Source: a virus. From it: DNA of 64,000 nucleotides. The notes under the pieces are model-generated. The model made no database searches. It was not told the DNA's origin and saw only the letters and a list, made by a program, of their open reading frames with translations. The stretch lies in the IMG/VR virus record IMGVR_UViG_3300035698_009139. One strand, given 5' to 3'. Position numbers and translations under genes: made by a program. Position 1 is the stretch's first letter. Each line of letters starts with the position of its first letter. Of the stretch, positions 25,817 to 37,010 are shown piece by piece.

Positions 25817-27480
25817 TGGCTATTGCAAACGTATCAACATCAGATAGCATCCAAGTGTGGCGCGTGGAAACAGACGAACAAGTTGGTCGTCTTACGTCCA
25901 TCAGTCCTGTAGCCAATAGCATCAGTGTCAATTTGGCTAACACGGTTACGTTGAATGTCTCCAGCCAGCTGTATGTCGGTAATGTAACATTCTCCTCAAT
26001 ATATGTTCAGAACACATATGCTCAGGTCGCATTCAGCCGCAAAGATGAAAACATTTTACGCCAGTCATCTAGCTTCTCTACGTCACCTTGGACCAATAAT
26101 GCTGTATCCATAACAAAAGATGCAGTGTCAGGCCCATTCGTGGACAGCTCAGCAGATACATTGACCGGTGCAACCGGTAGCTCATATGCTCAACAAACAT
26201 TTACAGCTATTCCCAACGAGCGGCTAACATTATCAGTGTATGCTAAATCTGGATCGGGCAACTCACTGTTCCTGGAGTTAACGGACGATGATGGCACTCG
26301 TCATTACAATAGATTCAATCTAGTCACCGGCCAAGCAAATCTACAGTTGTTGAATTCTGCTCACGCTGTCATGGTTCCTCGATCAGATGGCTGGTACCGT
26401 TGTTGGATCGTTGCCAACACTTCTTCTGGATTGACAGCTACTACGAGTGCTCGGGTGATAGTAGATCACGACCCCGAAAATATCCACGTGTTCGGGGCGC
26501 AGGTGCGACAGGGCAATGGTGTTGGCCAGTTTGTAAACACAACGACGCAGTCGATGTATCTGATGGCAGCTAATAATTTGGTGCGTGCTAACACAGCGAT
26601 CGCTACTGCATCTAGTTACACATCAAACGCATACATACAGGCTAATTTGTTGAAGAAGGACACGGGCGGCGTGATGACAGCCAATGTAACCTTTACTGCA
26701 GATGTAACTGGCGACAAAATATATGCTAACACATTTGTCGTTAAATCCGGCGGGCGGCGATTCACGACGTTTCCTTCGCTACGATTCAATTTTGCCAAAA
26801 CACAGGATGCTGGATGGGTCAACACCGATAGGTCCTCAAACGCAGAATATATTGCTGCTAATGGCACAATGACGAATGCAATATCAACTGTTCCTCGCAT
26901 AAACTATGATGCGGTTACTGGCGAATGTATGGGGTTGTTGACCGAACGATCTGCTGTGGATCAGCCTTATATCACTGTAGGCATCAACGAGCAATATAAT
27001 AATGAGCAAGGTACGGTTGTGATGCACATGCATACAACTAACTCCATTTCCTCAGTTATTGCTAATAACTCCCCGGCTGGCCCAGCGCTAACAATCAGTG
27101 ATGGGGGTGCATCGACTGATTGGTTTAGAGTTTTATACGATGGTAAATCAGGTGAAGAACGGTTTGAATATGACGTTACCAGCAATAATGTTGGAGGTAT
27201 CACGGCCGGTCACCAATCTATAACTACAGATGGCGACCACTTAATTGCATTTAGCTATAACGTATCGGCAAACACTTTTGTAGCATACGTTGATGGTATT
27301 GTTGATGAAGTTAGAGGTGCAGAAACTGTCCCACAAAATCTTAACCACATATATTTCGGTTCAGATGGCCCTGGCCAGCAACTAGATTTCCCACAGATGC
27401 ATGTTAAGGATTTCATGTACTTCCCAGTTGCAATGTCTAACACAGAAATGGCAACCATAACTACGTTGAGCACACAGTAA
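25816..27480 (+). CDS. Fibre/spike protein (paralog 2)
   Basis: PRINYDAVTGECMGLL, GWYRC, FGAQV, EQGT. Confidence 0.8.
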   Translation: MAIANVSTSDSIQVWRVETDEQVGRLTSISPVANSISVNLANTVTLNVSSQLYVGNVTFSSIYVQNTYAQVAFSRKDENILRQSSSFSTSPWTNNAVSITKDAVSGPFVDSSADTLTGATGSSYAQQTFTAIPNERLTLSVYAKSGSGNSLFLELTDDDGTRHYNRFNLVTGQANLQLLNSAHAVMVPRSDGWYRCWIVANTSSGLTATTSARVIVDHDPENIHVFGAQVRQGNGVGQFVNTTTQSMYLMAANNLVRANTAIATASSYTSNAYIQANLLKKDTGGVMTANVTFTADVTGDKIYANTFVVKSGGRRFTTFPSLRFNFAKTQDAGWVNTDRSSNAEYIAANGTMTNAISTVPRINYDAVTGECMGLLTERSAVDQPYITVGINEQYNNEQGTVVMHMHTTNSISSVIANNSPAGPALTISDGGASTDWFRVLYDGKSGEERFEYDVTSNNVGGITAGHQSITTDGDHLIAFSYNVSANTFVAYVDGIVDEVRGAETVPQNLNHIYFGSDGPGQQLDFPQMHVKDFMYFPVAMSNTEMATITTLSTQ

Positions 27481-29069
27481 TGACTCTCTCAAATACAACA
27501 ACGGCCAACACAACCGACCAATGGCTCCACAATTTTAATCAGACATCATCGCGAGTTAATTCGCTGATTCCAGTGTCTGGTTTGTTAAACGTCAATACGT
27601 TCACGGCCAACACACTATCAGTCAATGGTGTAATCAGATTGGCAGGCGAGATTGTGTCAAACACATTTGCCAGCAACAGCTATATGCTGTCCGTGTTCTC
27701 AAATACAGCATATAGCATTGCAAATGGCGCACTGCAACTTACAGTTGGAGCAGCAAGTAACACATACGTCAACACTCTGATACTGGACGGCAATTATTTC
27801 CGTAAAGCTATTGGTGGAACGATGACAGCTAATTTGGAAGTTGCCAACACTGCTAATGTGTATACATTGACCGCAAATAATTTTGGATTCAATAATACGG
27901 ATCGGACAATGCCAGAACTCAGCATGGTATTCAATAGAGGTTTTGTACCGTCCAATGTAGATTGGGTGAGAAATTCTATTGCGACCCAAACAGCCCCTTC
28001 TGGTATTGTTGAAACTGTCGCTTTGAATACTGCCCGAATCAATTATAACGCCAATACTGGTGAATGTATGGGCCTATTGGTTGAGAGCAATACGCAAAAT
28101 ATGTTGCTGCATTCTTCTGACTTCACACAATCTTGGTGGATTGGTGGTACTGGCACAACAATTACGTCTAATACGGGCCCCAGTATAGATGGAGCCAACA
28201 CAGCTGATACATTGCTAATGACTTCTGGTAGCAGCAAGTCTATCAACCAAACATTTACCGATTTGCCTGCCAATACCGAGTTTACATTCTCGCTATATAT
28301 TAAACACAAATCTGGAACGATCTCTTCCGATCAGCAAGTGTCGATGCATCTGTGGGGAGACTGGGGCGATGGGCCGACTGCTGTCAGTAACAATATCGGA
28401 TATGCTGTGTCGTCGACGTTTAAACGATTCGATATGACGGCTACAACGAGTGCTACTCCCACTACTTGTTACGTCCAAGTTAGAGGAGATCCGGCCGCAA
28501 CGATTGAGTTGGATTTGGCAGGCGGACAGCTGGAAGAGCGATCTGAAGCATCAACATTAGTACCAACAAGTGCATCACGAGTTGTTAGAGACAACGAATA
28601 TGGTCAGTTTGCTTACGCACACCCAAATAGCACCGAAGGATCACTGGTAGTGGAGATGGGTCCAGTAGTTGCAGATACCTCTTCTACTATTATAGAGTTG
28701 TTTGATTCGGGAGAAACATCCTTTATGAGTTTGGCTAACCGACCTAGTGGTTTTGCTTTTAACGTGCATGTGGCTGGGGTGCGAACCTGGACGGCAGCTA
28801 GCGATTATCCAGTGTCTGGCAGCAAAGCAGCCTTGGTATGGAAATCTAGTCAAAACGCTTTCTTCTCTCGAGGATCCCAAAAATCTCCAACGGGTGGAGG
28901 CGGGACTGCAGCCACCGATGCATTCGCGGGCCCGGCAAATCTACTAACAGCTATAATAGGTGTTAGTCCCAGCACTACATCCGGCCAAATGACAAGTGCA
29001 CACTACAAAAAAATAGCTATTTACGGCAAACGGTTATCGGACGCTACGGCGAGATCAATGGTAACTTAA
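27480..29069 (+). CDS. Fibre/spike protein (paralog 3)
   Basis: ARINYNANTGECMGLLVE, GGQLE, TEGSL. Confidence 0.8.
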   Translation: MTLSNTTTANTTDQWLHNFNQTSSRVNSLIPVSGLLNVNTFTANTLSVNGVIRLAGEIVSNTFASNSYMLSVFSNTAYSIANGALQLTVGAASNTYVNTLILDGNYFRKAIGGTMTANLEVANTANVYTLTANNFGFNNTDRTMPELSMVFNRGFVPSNVDWVRNSIATQTAPSGIVETVALNTARINYNANTGECMGLLVESNTQNMLLHSSDFTQSWWIGGTGTTITSNTGPSIDGANTADTLLMTSGSSKSINQTFTDLPANTEFTFSLYIKHKSGTISSDQQVSMHLWGDWGDGPTAVSNNIGYAVSSTFKRFDMTATTSATPTTCYVQVRGDPAATIELDLAGGQLEERSEASTLVPTSASRVVRDNEYGQFAYAHPNSTEGSLVVEMGPVVADTSSTIIELFDSGETSFMSLANRPSGFAFNVHVAGVRTWTAASDYPVSGSKAALVWKSSQNAFFSRGSQKSPTGGGGTAATDAFAGPANLLTAIIGVSPSTTSGQMTSAHYKKIAIYGKRLSDATARSMVT

Positions 29070-29094
29070 TGATAAATACCGTACGGAGGAATTA

Positions 29095-30360
29095 ATGTCT
29101 GCTAACAATCTTATAGGATCTGCGCCATACCAGGTGCCAACCAACGCCGACTTAGGTAGTATGGCGTTTCAGGACCACAGATATGTGTCTGTTGGGCGGA
29201 TGACTGCGTCGGGCAACATAGCAATTGGTACGTCTGCTGCAGTAGCACTGACTATCAAACGCAACACCGGATCGATGATTCGGCTGGATCGCACAGACCA
29301 TGCAGACGTAGATTCCACGTTTGATATTGGTGTGTCAACTGATGGCGCTACGGCTACGGATTTCGCATTTTTCGGTGGGTCCACCGGCCTAAAAATATAC
29401 GGAAATGCTCAGGCCCGTTTTCAAAGCTTGGTGGGCATCAACGTCGCCCCAGCAGCGGGTGTGCTGTTAAACGTCAATGGTGCTATTCGTGTAACAGAAG
29501 ACGAATACTTGCAGTTTGGCGGCACAAACAACCGGATCGGTGGCGGCGGCTCATCAAATTCCTTTGTAATCCAGACGGGCGGTACAGAACGGGTGCGTAT
29601 TAATAGTGCTAATGGTATTGGCATTAATAGAGGATCGCCAGTAGATTCAGCTGGTTTTGGCGACTACATTGATTTCAATGGTGGTGGTGGATCAGCAATA
29701 TATTTCAGAACCAACAACAGCGCCACAGAATACACAATGTTCGGCAATTTTGGTGCCGATGGTTATATCAGAAATCAAGGTGCTGGTAACCTAATCATCA
29801 ATAATAATGGCGCCGAGCGTATGAGAATAAGTCCGTCTGGTAATGTTGGTATTGGCACGACATCGCCAGAAACCAAATTAGACATCAACGGCAACATTCG
29901 AGCATCTGCTGGTATCATGTTCGGTACGGATACAGATGTTTCCAATACGTTGGATGATTATGAAGAAGACACATGGGTACCAATTGTTCAATTCGGTGAT
30001 GCCAACAACGGTATAACGTATTCTATTCAGGAAGGCCAATATACAAAGATCGGCAATATTTGCCACATCTATTGCAAAGTGGCTCTGACGAGTAAAGGCA
30101 CCTCAACTGGTAACATGACAATCACTGGTCTTCCGTTCACACCCGGCGGCCATAATTGGCAGGCGTGGCATATGCCTAGAACGGGTACAGGGCTTGCATC
30201 CAATAATTTACCGTTCTTCTCCGTGACCAGTTCTGTTGCAGCAATTCAAACTGAAACTCGATTGGCTAGTTCTTACGGAGCCGCTGGTTCCCCTATTCAG
30301 GAGCATGAAGTATATAACACATCTGAATTCATTTCCACATTCAGTTATTTCACGACATAA
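29095..30360 (+). CDS. Tail fibre protein
   Basis: ERMRI..SGNVGIGT.SP and LDDYEE.TW.P, YTKIGN fibre motifs; GATAAATA upstream. Confidence 0.8.
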   Translation: MSANNLIGSAPYQVPTNADLGSMAFQDHRYVSVGRMTASGNIAIGTSAAVALTIKRNTGSMIRLDRTDHADVDSTFDIGVSTDGATATDFAFFGGSTGLKIYGNAQARFQSLVGINVAPAAGVLLNVNGAIRVTEDEYLQFGGTNNRIGGGGSSNSFVIQTGGTERVRINSANGIGINRGSPVDSAGFGDYIDFNGGGGSAIYFRTNNSATEYTMFGNFGADGYIRNQGAGNLIINNNGAERMRISPSGNVGIGTTSPETKLDINGNIRASAGIMFGTDTDVSNTLDDYEEDTWVPIVQFGDANNGITYSIQEGQYTKIGNICHIYCKVALTSKGTSTGNMTITGLPFTPGGHNWQAWHMPRTGTGLASNNLPFFSVTSSVAAIQTETRLASSYGAAGSPIQEHEVYNTSEFISTFSYFTT

Positions 30361-30368
30361 GGTACACC

Positions 30369-31112
30369 ATGTCATTACCAACATCTAGAGACGAGTTCAA
30401 AGAATATTGCTTGCGTAAACTTGGCAAGCCAGTGATTGACATCAATATCGATGATGCTCAGGTCGAGGACCGCCTTGATGATGCTCTACAGTATTACCGC
30501 GACTATCATTTTGATGGCACGGAACACATCTACTTGGAATATCCGGTCACGCAAGCTGATAAAGATAATGGATATCTAACGACGACAAGTAACGTCGTTG
30601 GGGTGGTCGGTGTGTTCGATATTGGCGACAGCCTACAGACCAAGAATCTGTTTGACATCCGATATCAAATTCATCTAAACGATCTGTTCGATTACACATC
30701 CGGCCGATTCGCGCCATATGTAATGGCCATGCGACAGATTGAAACATTGGAAGAGATCTTTGTAGGCAAGAAACCTATCCGATGGAATCGACACGTTAAT
30801 AAATTGCACATCGATATGGATTGGCGCTACGATGTCGAGGTTGGGTCGTTCATCGTTGTCGAAATGTACCGAGTGGTTGATCCAACTACATACACTGATG
30901 TGTGGTCTGATAGATGGCTGCTTGAGTATGCACCCGCTCTTGTTCAACGTCAGTGGGGTCAGAACCTCAGCAAATTTGAAGGTCAGCAGCTTCCCGGCGG
31001 CGTGACACTAAACGTCGATCGCATTATGAACGATGCCAAAGAAACGATCATGCGCCTAGAAGATGAGATGATCAACAGCTACAGCCTACCAGTATCTGAC
31101 TTGACAGGATAA
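30369..31112 (+). CDS. gp13: Neck protein
   Basis: YCLR.LG.PVI.IN, QWG.NL.KF....LPGGV. Confidence 0.95.
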   Translation: MSLPTSRDEFKEYCLRKLGKPVIDINIDDAQVEDRLDDALQYYRDYHFDGTEHIYLEYPVTQADKDNGYLTTTSNVVGVVGVFDIGDSLQTKNLFDIRYQIHLNDLFDYTSGRFAPYVMAMRQIETLEEIFVGKKPIRWNRHVNKLHIDMDWRYDVEVGSFIVVEMYRVVDPTTYTDVWSDRWLLEYAPALVQRQWGQNLSKFEGQQLPGGVTLNVDRIMNDAKETIMRLEDEMINSYSLPVSDLTG

Positions 31113-31115
31113 GAT

Positions 31116-31946
31116 GTGGCCACAAACAAATACTTTAACCACTTTGGACATGGACGTGAACAGGATCTAATCCAAGACCTGATCATCGAAAACATCAAGA
31201 TTTACGGGCACAACGTAAAGTACATCCCACGCGTCTATGTTAATAAAGACGAGTTGTTTGGTGAAGACACTTTGTCTAAATTCATCAACGCAATTGATGT
31301 TGAGATGTACATCAAAGAGGTTGATGGATTTGGTGGAGATGGCGACTTTCTGTCCAAGTTCAACTTAGAAATTCGTGATACGGTTACCCTGACGATCGCA
31401 AAGAAGCGCTTTGAGCAAATCAGAACTGAAAAACTATACGACGAAGTTGGATTCAACTATCAGCTTGAATCGGCCAACACTAACTCACCAGGTAACAGCC
31501 ATTCGGTTATGTTGGAAGATGGAAACGGCAACAACTATTCCATTACATCAACGCGGCCAATGGAAGGTGACCTGATCTACTTCCCAATGTCAGATGACAT
31601 TTTCGAAATATCATTTGTAGAGCATGAGGCCATCTTCTATACGCATGGTAGCCTGCAGACGTTTGACCTAACGTGTGAGAAATTCTCATATAGTTCTGAA
31701 GTATTCGATACAGGTGAGGCATTGATCGATATCATTGAAGATACTAATAGTCTGGATGCTCTATTCAACGAGATTCAGCTGGAAACAGGTGACACGTTGC
31801 TTCACGAGTCTGGCGGCGTAATGCTGGTCGAGTTCCGCATCGAAAGTACGGATAAATCGGCCAACAACGAGTTCTTCCAGAACCAGAGTACGAGCATTAT
31901 CGATTGGAGCGAGAACAGCCCATTTAGCGATACAGGGATATACTAA
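31116..31946 (+). CDS. gp14: Neck protein
   Basis: EQ.L...L..E.I...G..V.Y.PR, RP.EGDLIYFP, E.F.YS.E. Confidence 0.95.
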   Translation: MATNKYFNHFGHGREQDLIQDLIIENIKIYGHNVKYIPRVYVNKDELFGEDTLSKFINAIDVEMYIKEVDGFGGDGDFLSKFNLEIRDTVTLTIAKKRFEQIRTEKLYDEVGFNYQLESANTNSPGNSHSVMLEDGNGNNYSITSTRPMEGDLIYFPMSDDIFEISFVEHEAIFYTHGSLQTFDLTCEKFSYSSEVFDTGEALIDIIEDTNSLDALFNEIQLETGDTLLHESGGVMLVEFRIESTDKSANNEFFQNQSTSIIDWSENSPFSDTGIY

Positions 31947-32842
31947 TGTTTGGGTCACCATATTTCTACCACTCAACGATGCGCAATTACATTATTATGT
32001 TCGGCAATTACTTCAATGACATTGTAGTACAGAGAACCAATACAGCTGGCACCAGACTGCAAACTATATCTGTGCCGATTTCGTACGGCCCAAAAGAGAA
32101 GTTCATCGTGCGATTGGCACAGGATCCTGATGTCGATCGAAAGATTGCAATCAGCTTGCCTCGCCTAGGTTTTGAAATTACTGGCATGTATTATGACGGG
32201 TCGCGGATGCTGAGCAAAACACAGCAGAATAAGCACATCGTGACGACAGATTACAACAACGTCAGAACACAATTCACACCATCGCCTTTCAACTTCAACA
32301 TTTCGCTAAACATCTTCGTCCGCAACGCCGATGATGGCACGCAGATCGTTGAGCAGATTCTACCGTACTTCACACCAGAGTGGACGTCATCGGTTAAGAT
32401 CGTCCCCGAAATGTCTATTGCATTGGATGTACCAACCGTGCTGCAGAACGTGATCATTGAAGACGCATACGAAGGCGACTTCCAAACACGGCGAGCAATG
32501 ATATGGACGATGGATTTTCTAGTTAAGGGTTGGCTGTTTGGTCCCGTGCATGATGGCGGCCGCGGCGGTGCCGGAGTGATCAAAAGAGCTCAGGTTGATT
32601 TCCACTTGGGATCCAACAACTCACCTTGGGGTGCTTCACAAATACTAGCAGCATCTGCTAGAGGTGAGCGGGTGGTGGTGACCCCCGGCCTATTGGCAAA
32701 CGGCTCACCAACAACTAACAGTTCTGCTTCTATTCCATACAGCCAGATATCGGCAAATGATACGTTTGGATTCGCGCAGGATATATATCATTATGATGAT
32801 GGCTTGTCTTACGACCCTTCATCAGGAACTGATGCACCATAA
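31946..32842 (+). CDS. gp15: Tail sheath stabiliser / terminator
   Basis: VP..Y.PK.KF, LPR..FE, QI.EQILPYF.P. Confidence 0.95.
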   Translation: MFGSPYFYHSTMRNYIIMFGNYFNDIVVQRTNTAGTRLQTISVPISYGPKEKFIVRLAQDPDVDRKIAISLPRLGFEITGMYYDGSRMLSKTQQNKHIVTTDYNNVRTQFTPSPFNFNISLNIFVRNADDGTQIVEQILPYFTPEWTSSVKIVPEMSIALDVPTVLQNVIIEDAYEGDFQTRRAMIWTMDFLVKGWLFGPVHDGGRGGAGVIKRAQVDFHLGSNNSPWGASQILAASARGERVVVTPGLLANGSPTTNSSASIPYSQISANDTFGFAQDIYHYDDGLSYDPSSGTDAP

Positions 32843-32852
32843 GTGAGGTATT

Positions 32853-33326
32853 ATGAAGAAGAGTAACGTAGAGACCGGTTTGGAGAACGCTTTGAACATA
32901 GCAGAGTCTCCTTCGATCGGATCACACATGGAGATATTGCCGCCTAGCACAGATATCACGGAAGTAACGCCAGTCGACGCCAAAAACGATCAGGTTGAAG
33001 ATGATTACCAGATGGCCCGCGAGCAATTACGAGAGCTCGCCCACAACGGACAAGCTGTAATTACCCGAATGAACCAGTTAGCGGAGATTGCTGAGTCACC
33101 ACGCATGTTTGAAGTGTTGGCTAAGATGATTGATTCCGTAGCCAAGGTTAACCAGGATCTTTTGAATCTATCTGATCAAAAAGCCACGATCGACAATAAA
33201 CATGGTCGCTCTGGCACAATTGAAGGCGACGCAGAAGGCGAAGTCAATATATATTTCCGGGGGACCACTTCTGATCTCTTAGCCACAATGAAGAACGCGG
33301 CCGCCGAGAAAAAAGATAAAAAATAA
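32853..33326 (+). CDS. gp16: Terminase small subunit
   Basis: DY..AR, PR.FEV, F.GTT.DL. Confidence 0.9.
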   Translation: MKKSNVETGLENALNIAESPSIGSHMEILPPSTDITEVTPVDAKNDQVEDDYQMAREQLRELAHNGQAVITRMNQLAEIAESPRMFEVLAKMIDSVAKVNQDLLNLSDQKATIDNKHGRSGTIEGDAEGEVNIYFRGTTSDLLATMKNAAAEKKDKK

Positions 33327-34963
33327 TGTCTGACAGCACCATTTATATGAATAATCCCAACCTCAAACGGGTCGGGATTCCAGTTGAGTTTACACAAGAG
33401 CAAGTGCAAGAGTACATCAAGTGCGCCGCCGATCCTGAGTACTTCATCAGCAAGTACGTTAAGATCGTCAACGTCGATGAAGGCCTTGTGCCATTTGATA
33501 TGTATCCGTTTCAGCGGACGATGGTCAACACTTTCCACGACAATCGATTCGTAATTTGCAAGCTACCACGTCAGTCCGGCAAATCAACCGTCGTTGTTTC
33601 GTATATGCTGCATCAGATTCTGTTCAAAGACCGACAAAGTATTGCCATTCTAGCTAATAAGGGCCAGCTTGCTCGCGATCTGTTGGCTAAGATTAAGTTA
33701 GCATACGAACATTTACCGAAATGGCTGCAACAGGGAATCAAGAAGTGGAATGAGGGTGGCGTTGAAGTAGAAAACGGCAGTAAGATCATCGCTGCAGCAA
33801 CGAGTTCAAGTGCTGTTCGTGGTGGATCTTACAACCTTGTGTTTCTTGACGAGTTTGCGTTCGTTGGAAACAACATGGCTGATGATTTCTTCAGCTCAGT
33901 TTATCCTACGATTTCATCTGGTACAACGACGAAAGTGTTCATTGTGTCTACACCAAATGGCATGAATCACTTCTACAAAAGATGGTGTGATGCCGATGAA
34001 GGGCGATCACAGTACATTCCTATCGAAGTTCAATGGAATCAGATTCCAGGCCGCGACGAGAAATGGCGGATCGACCAGATCTCTAACACCAGCGAAGAGC
34101 AGTTCAAACAGGAGTTTGAGTGCGAGTTTCTTGGCAGTGTTAACACGCTTATCAACGCAGCAAAATTACGCCAGATGGCATTTGTTAAGCCGATCGAAAC
34201 CAAAAACGACTTCCATATATATGTGCAGCCACAAAAGAAGCACACGTACGTGATTACAGTTGACACATCAAGAGGTGTCGGCATTGATAACCACGCGTTC
34301 ATCGTTGTCGACGTAACGGAAATGCCGTATCAGGTTGTCGGTAAGTATTATAGCTCGGTCGAATCGCCGCTAATGTATCCAAGCATCATATACAATGTGG
34401 CTAAGGAATACAACGATGCATTTGTGCTTGTTGAAAGCAATGATCTAGGCGAGCAGGTAGCTAATATTCTGCACCATGACCTGGAATATGAAAATATGCT
34501 AACTACAGTTCTGAAAGGGCGCGCCGGTCAGCAGCTGGGCGGCGGGTTCGGTCAGAAAGTTGGACTAGGCGTCAAGACAACTAAGCAGGTTAAACGGATC
34601 GGTTGTTCCAACATCAAGGATCTGATCGAGGGCGACAAGATTCTGATTCAGGATTTTGATATCATCAGCGAGCTTTCATCGTTTGTTCAAAAAGGCAATT
34701 CATATGAGGCCGATGAGGGCTTTCACGATGATTTGGTGATGTGCTTAGTATTGTTTGGCTGGGCGGCGAGATCGGACTATTTCAAAGAGCTGACTGACAT
34801 AGATATAAGGCAGAAGCTATACGACACCAAAATCAGTGGCATGGAAGATGATATGCTACCGTTTGGATTGTATGAAGACGGCCTCGAAGATGCCGCAGAG
34901 ATGGTGGATGCAGCAGGAGATGTGTGGACAGTCGTCGACTTCAACCCATTTGGCATCTATTAG
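33326..34963 (+). CDS. gp17: Terminase large subunit
   Basis: PRQSGKST, LDEFAF, STPNG, DDLVM. Confidence 0.98.
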   Translation: MSDSTIYMNNPNLKRVGIPVEFTQEQVQEYIKCAADPEYFISKYVKIVNVDEGLVPFDMYPFQRTMVNTFHDNRFVICKLPRQSGKSTVVVSYMLHQILFKDRQSIAILANKGQLARDLLAKIKLAYEHLPKWLQQGIKKWNEGGVEVENGSKIIAAATSSSAVRGGSYNLVFLDEFAFVGNNMADDFFSSVYPTISSGTTTKVFIVSTPNGMNHFYKRWCDADEGRSQYIPIEVQWNQIPGRDEKWRIDQISNTSEEQFKQEFECEFLGSVNTLINAAKLRQMAFVKPIETKNDFHIYVQPQKKHTYVITVDTSRGVGIDNHAFIVVDVTEMPYQVVGKYYSSVESPLMYPSIIYNVAKEYNDAFVLVESNDLGEQVANILHHDLEYENMLTTVLKGRAGQQLGGGFGQKVGLGVKTTKQVKRIGCSNIKDLIEGDKILIQDFDIISELSSFVQKGNSYEADEGFHDDLVMCLVLFGWAARSDYFKELTDIDIRQKLYDTKISGMEDDMLPFGLYEDGLEDAAEMVDAAGDVWTVVDFNPFGIY

Positions 34964-34997
34964 CCCGATCCCACTAAGGGTCGGTATCTTATAAATA
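34964..34997 (+). promoter_or_regulatory. Stem-loop followed by late promoter TATAAATA (34990-34997)
   Basis: CCGATCCC-ACTAA-GGGTCGG then consensus. Confidence 0.75.
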
Positions 34998-35047
34998 ATT
35001 AAAATCGATTTATATGCGCTCGATTGCAAAATAAGAGGAGATTAGCA

Positions 35048-36985
35048 ATGCCATTCAGAGTTTCGCCAGGTATTGACGTACGTGAGATTGATCTAACGAC
35101 AGTTGTCCCATCTGTATCGACAACGGAAGCCGGCATCGCCGGGCATTTCCGCTGGGGTCCAGTGGAGCAGCGCGTTTTGATAGAGAGTGAAACCTCTCTT
35201 GTAGGTAATTTCCAGACGCCAAATTCAAACACTGCTGATGACTTCTTCACAGCCGCCAGCTTTCTTTCATACGGCAACAAGCTATGGACAGTTCGCATCA
35301 TTGACGATACGACATCTGGTGCAACAGGTCGTAACGCTACGACAAACTCAGCCAACACAGCAGACACGATCATCAAGAACGAAGATCTGTACAACGAAAA
35401 CAATTCAACAGGTATTTCTGGTGTTGGCTCATGGGTTGCAAAATATCCGGGCGAGCTAGGCAACACATTGAAGGTTTCTGTATGTGCCAGTCCTGCAGCA
35501 TGGTCGAGTTCACTGTCTGGTAACATTGCTGTTTCTGCTAACACAAAAGCAGTGACGGGCAACAACACATTCTTCGACACACAGCTAATAGTCGGTGACA
35601 AAATCGTTGTCGGGCCCGACCGCGAAGTTCGTAGAGTTTCTGCGATTGCTTCTAACGTAGCCATGACGCTTGAAAACAAATACACAGGCAACACTGTGTT
35701 GATCAACTCTACCCATTCCAGCTCAGTAACACGCCGCTGGGAATATTACGATTCATTCGATATTGCTCCAGGTACATCTGATTACGCCAATACACAGGGC
35801 GCGACGTCCGATGAAATGCATGTGGTTGTGGTTGACGAGGACGGGCAGTGGACGACAGTTCGCGGTCAGGTAATGGAGACATTCGAAAAGGTATCTCTGG
35901 CATCCGATGCTAAAACATCGGCCGGTGCTACGAACTATTACAAAGAGGTTATCAACCAACAGTCACGTTTTGTTTGGTGGGCAGCTCACAGTGGTTCGAA
36001 CGCAAGCGCAGGCACAAAAGCATCTGGTATCACATTTGCTGGTGGATTTGTACCGCAGACCAATTCGTTTGTAAATGGTCGTGATGGCAATCAGCCAACC
36101 AATGGTCAGTACAACACCGGCTTCGATATGTTCAACAATAGCGAAGACGTCGATGTGTCTTTCCTACTAGGAGCAGCAGCCAACCAGACACGTGCCATTC
36201 ATTTGATGAACAACATCTCTGAAGTTCGTAAGGACTGCTTGGCTTGTATCTCACCACGGCGCGCGGACGTTGTCAACAACAGCGGCTACAGTGGTTCGGA
36301 AATGGACGACATCATCGCATATCGCGATACGTTGCCTTCTTCGTCATATGCCGTAATGGATAGTGGCTGGAAGTACATGTACGACAAGTACAACGACATT
36401 TACCGATATGTGCCATGTAATGGTGACACGGCCGGTACAATGGTTCGTACTGATAGCGTTCGTGATCCTTGGTTTAGCCCAGCTGGCTTCAATCGAGGCA
36501 ACTTGAAGAACGTAATCAAGCTGGCTTACAACCCATCTGCAGGTCAGCGTGATCAGCTTTACAAGAAGGGCGTCAACCCAATTGTGACATTCCCAGGTCA
36601 GGGAACGATCTTGTATGGTGATAAGACGATGCTTGCAAAGCCAAGTGCATTTGACCGTATCAACGTGCGGCGCTTGTTTATCGTGCTTGAGAAAGCAATT
36701 GCAACAGCAGCCAACTTCACATTGTTCGAGTTCAATGATGAGTTCACGCGCGCACAGTTCAAGAATCTAGTCGAGCCATTCCTACGGGATGTCCAGGGTC
36801 GTCGAGGCATCTTTGATTTCCGCGTAGTAGTGGATGAGTCAAATAACACCGGAGAAGTGATTGACCGTAACGAGTTTATTGGTGACATCTACATCAAACC
36901 AGCTCGCTCAATCAACTTCATTCAGCTTAACTTCGTGGCTGTTCGATCTGGTGTTGACTTCGAAGAAATCGTAGGCAGCTTCTAA
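35048..36985 (+). CDS. gp18: Tail sheath protein
   Basis: SPG..V.E.D, WFSPAG.NRG, DRINVRRLF, IKPARSINFI. Confidence 0.98.
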   Translation: MPFRVSPGIDVREIDLTTVVPSVSTTEAGIAGHFRWGPVEQRVLIESETSLVGNFQTPNSNTADDFFTAASFLSYGNKLWTVRIIDDTTSGATGRNATTNSANTADTIIKNEDLYNENNSTGISGVGSWVAKYPGELGNTLKVSVCASPAAWSSSLSGNIAVSANTKAVTGNNTFFDTQLIVGDKIVVGPDREVRRVSAIASNVAMTLENKYTGNTVLINSTHSSSVTRRWEYYDSFDIAPGTSDYANTQGATSDEMHVVVVDEDGQWTTVRGQVMETFEKVSLASDAKTSAGATNYYKEVINQQSRFVWWAAHSGSNASAGTKASGITFAGGFVPQTNSFVNGRDGNQPTNGQYNTGFDMFNNSEDVDVSFLLGAAANQTRAIHLMNNISEVRKDCLACISPRRADVVNNSGYSGSEMDDIIAYRDTLPSSSYAVMDSGWKYMYDKYNDIYRYVPCNGDTAGTMVRTDSVRDPWFSPAGFNRGNLKNVIKLAYNPSAGQRDQLYKKGVNPIVTFPGQGTILYGDKTMLAKPSAFDRINVRRLFIVLEKAIATAANFTLFEFNDEFTRAQFKNLVEPFLRDVQGRRGIFDFRVVVDESNNTGEVIDRNEFIGDIYIKPARSINFIQLNFVAVRSGVDFEEIVGSF

Positions 36986-37010
36986 GAGCTGATAAAGGGA
37001 GAAGAAACAA

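Noticed and set aside
24122-30360. Diversity-generating retroelement acting on the fibres
   Set aside because: No reverse transcriptase and no template/variable repeat pair differing at adenines was seen.
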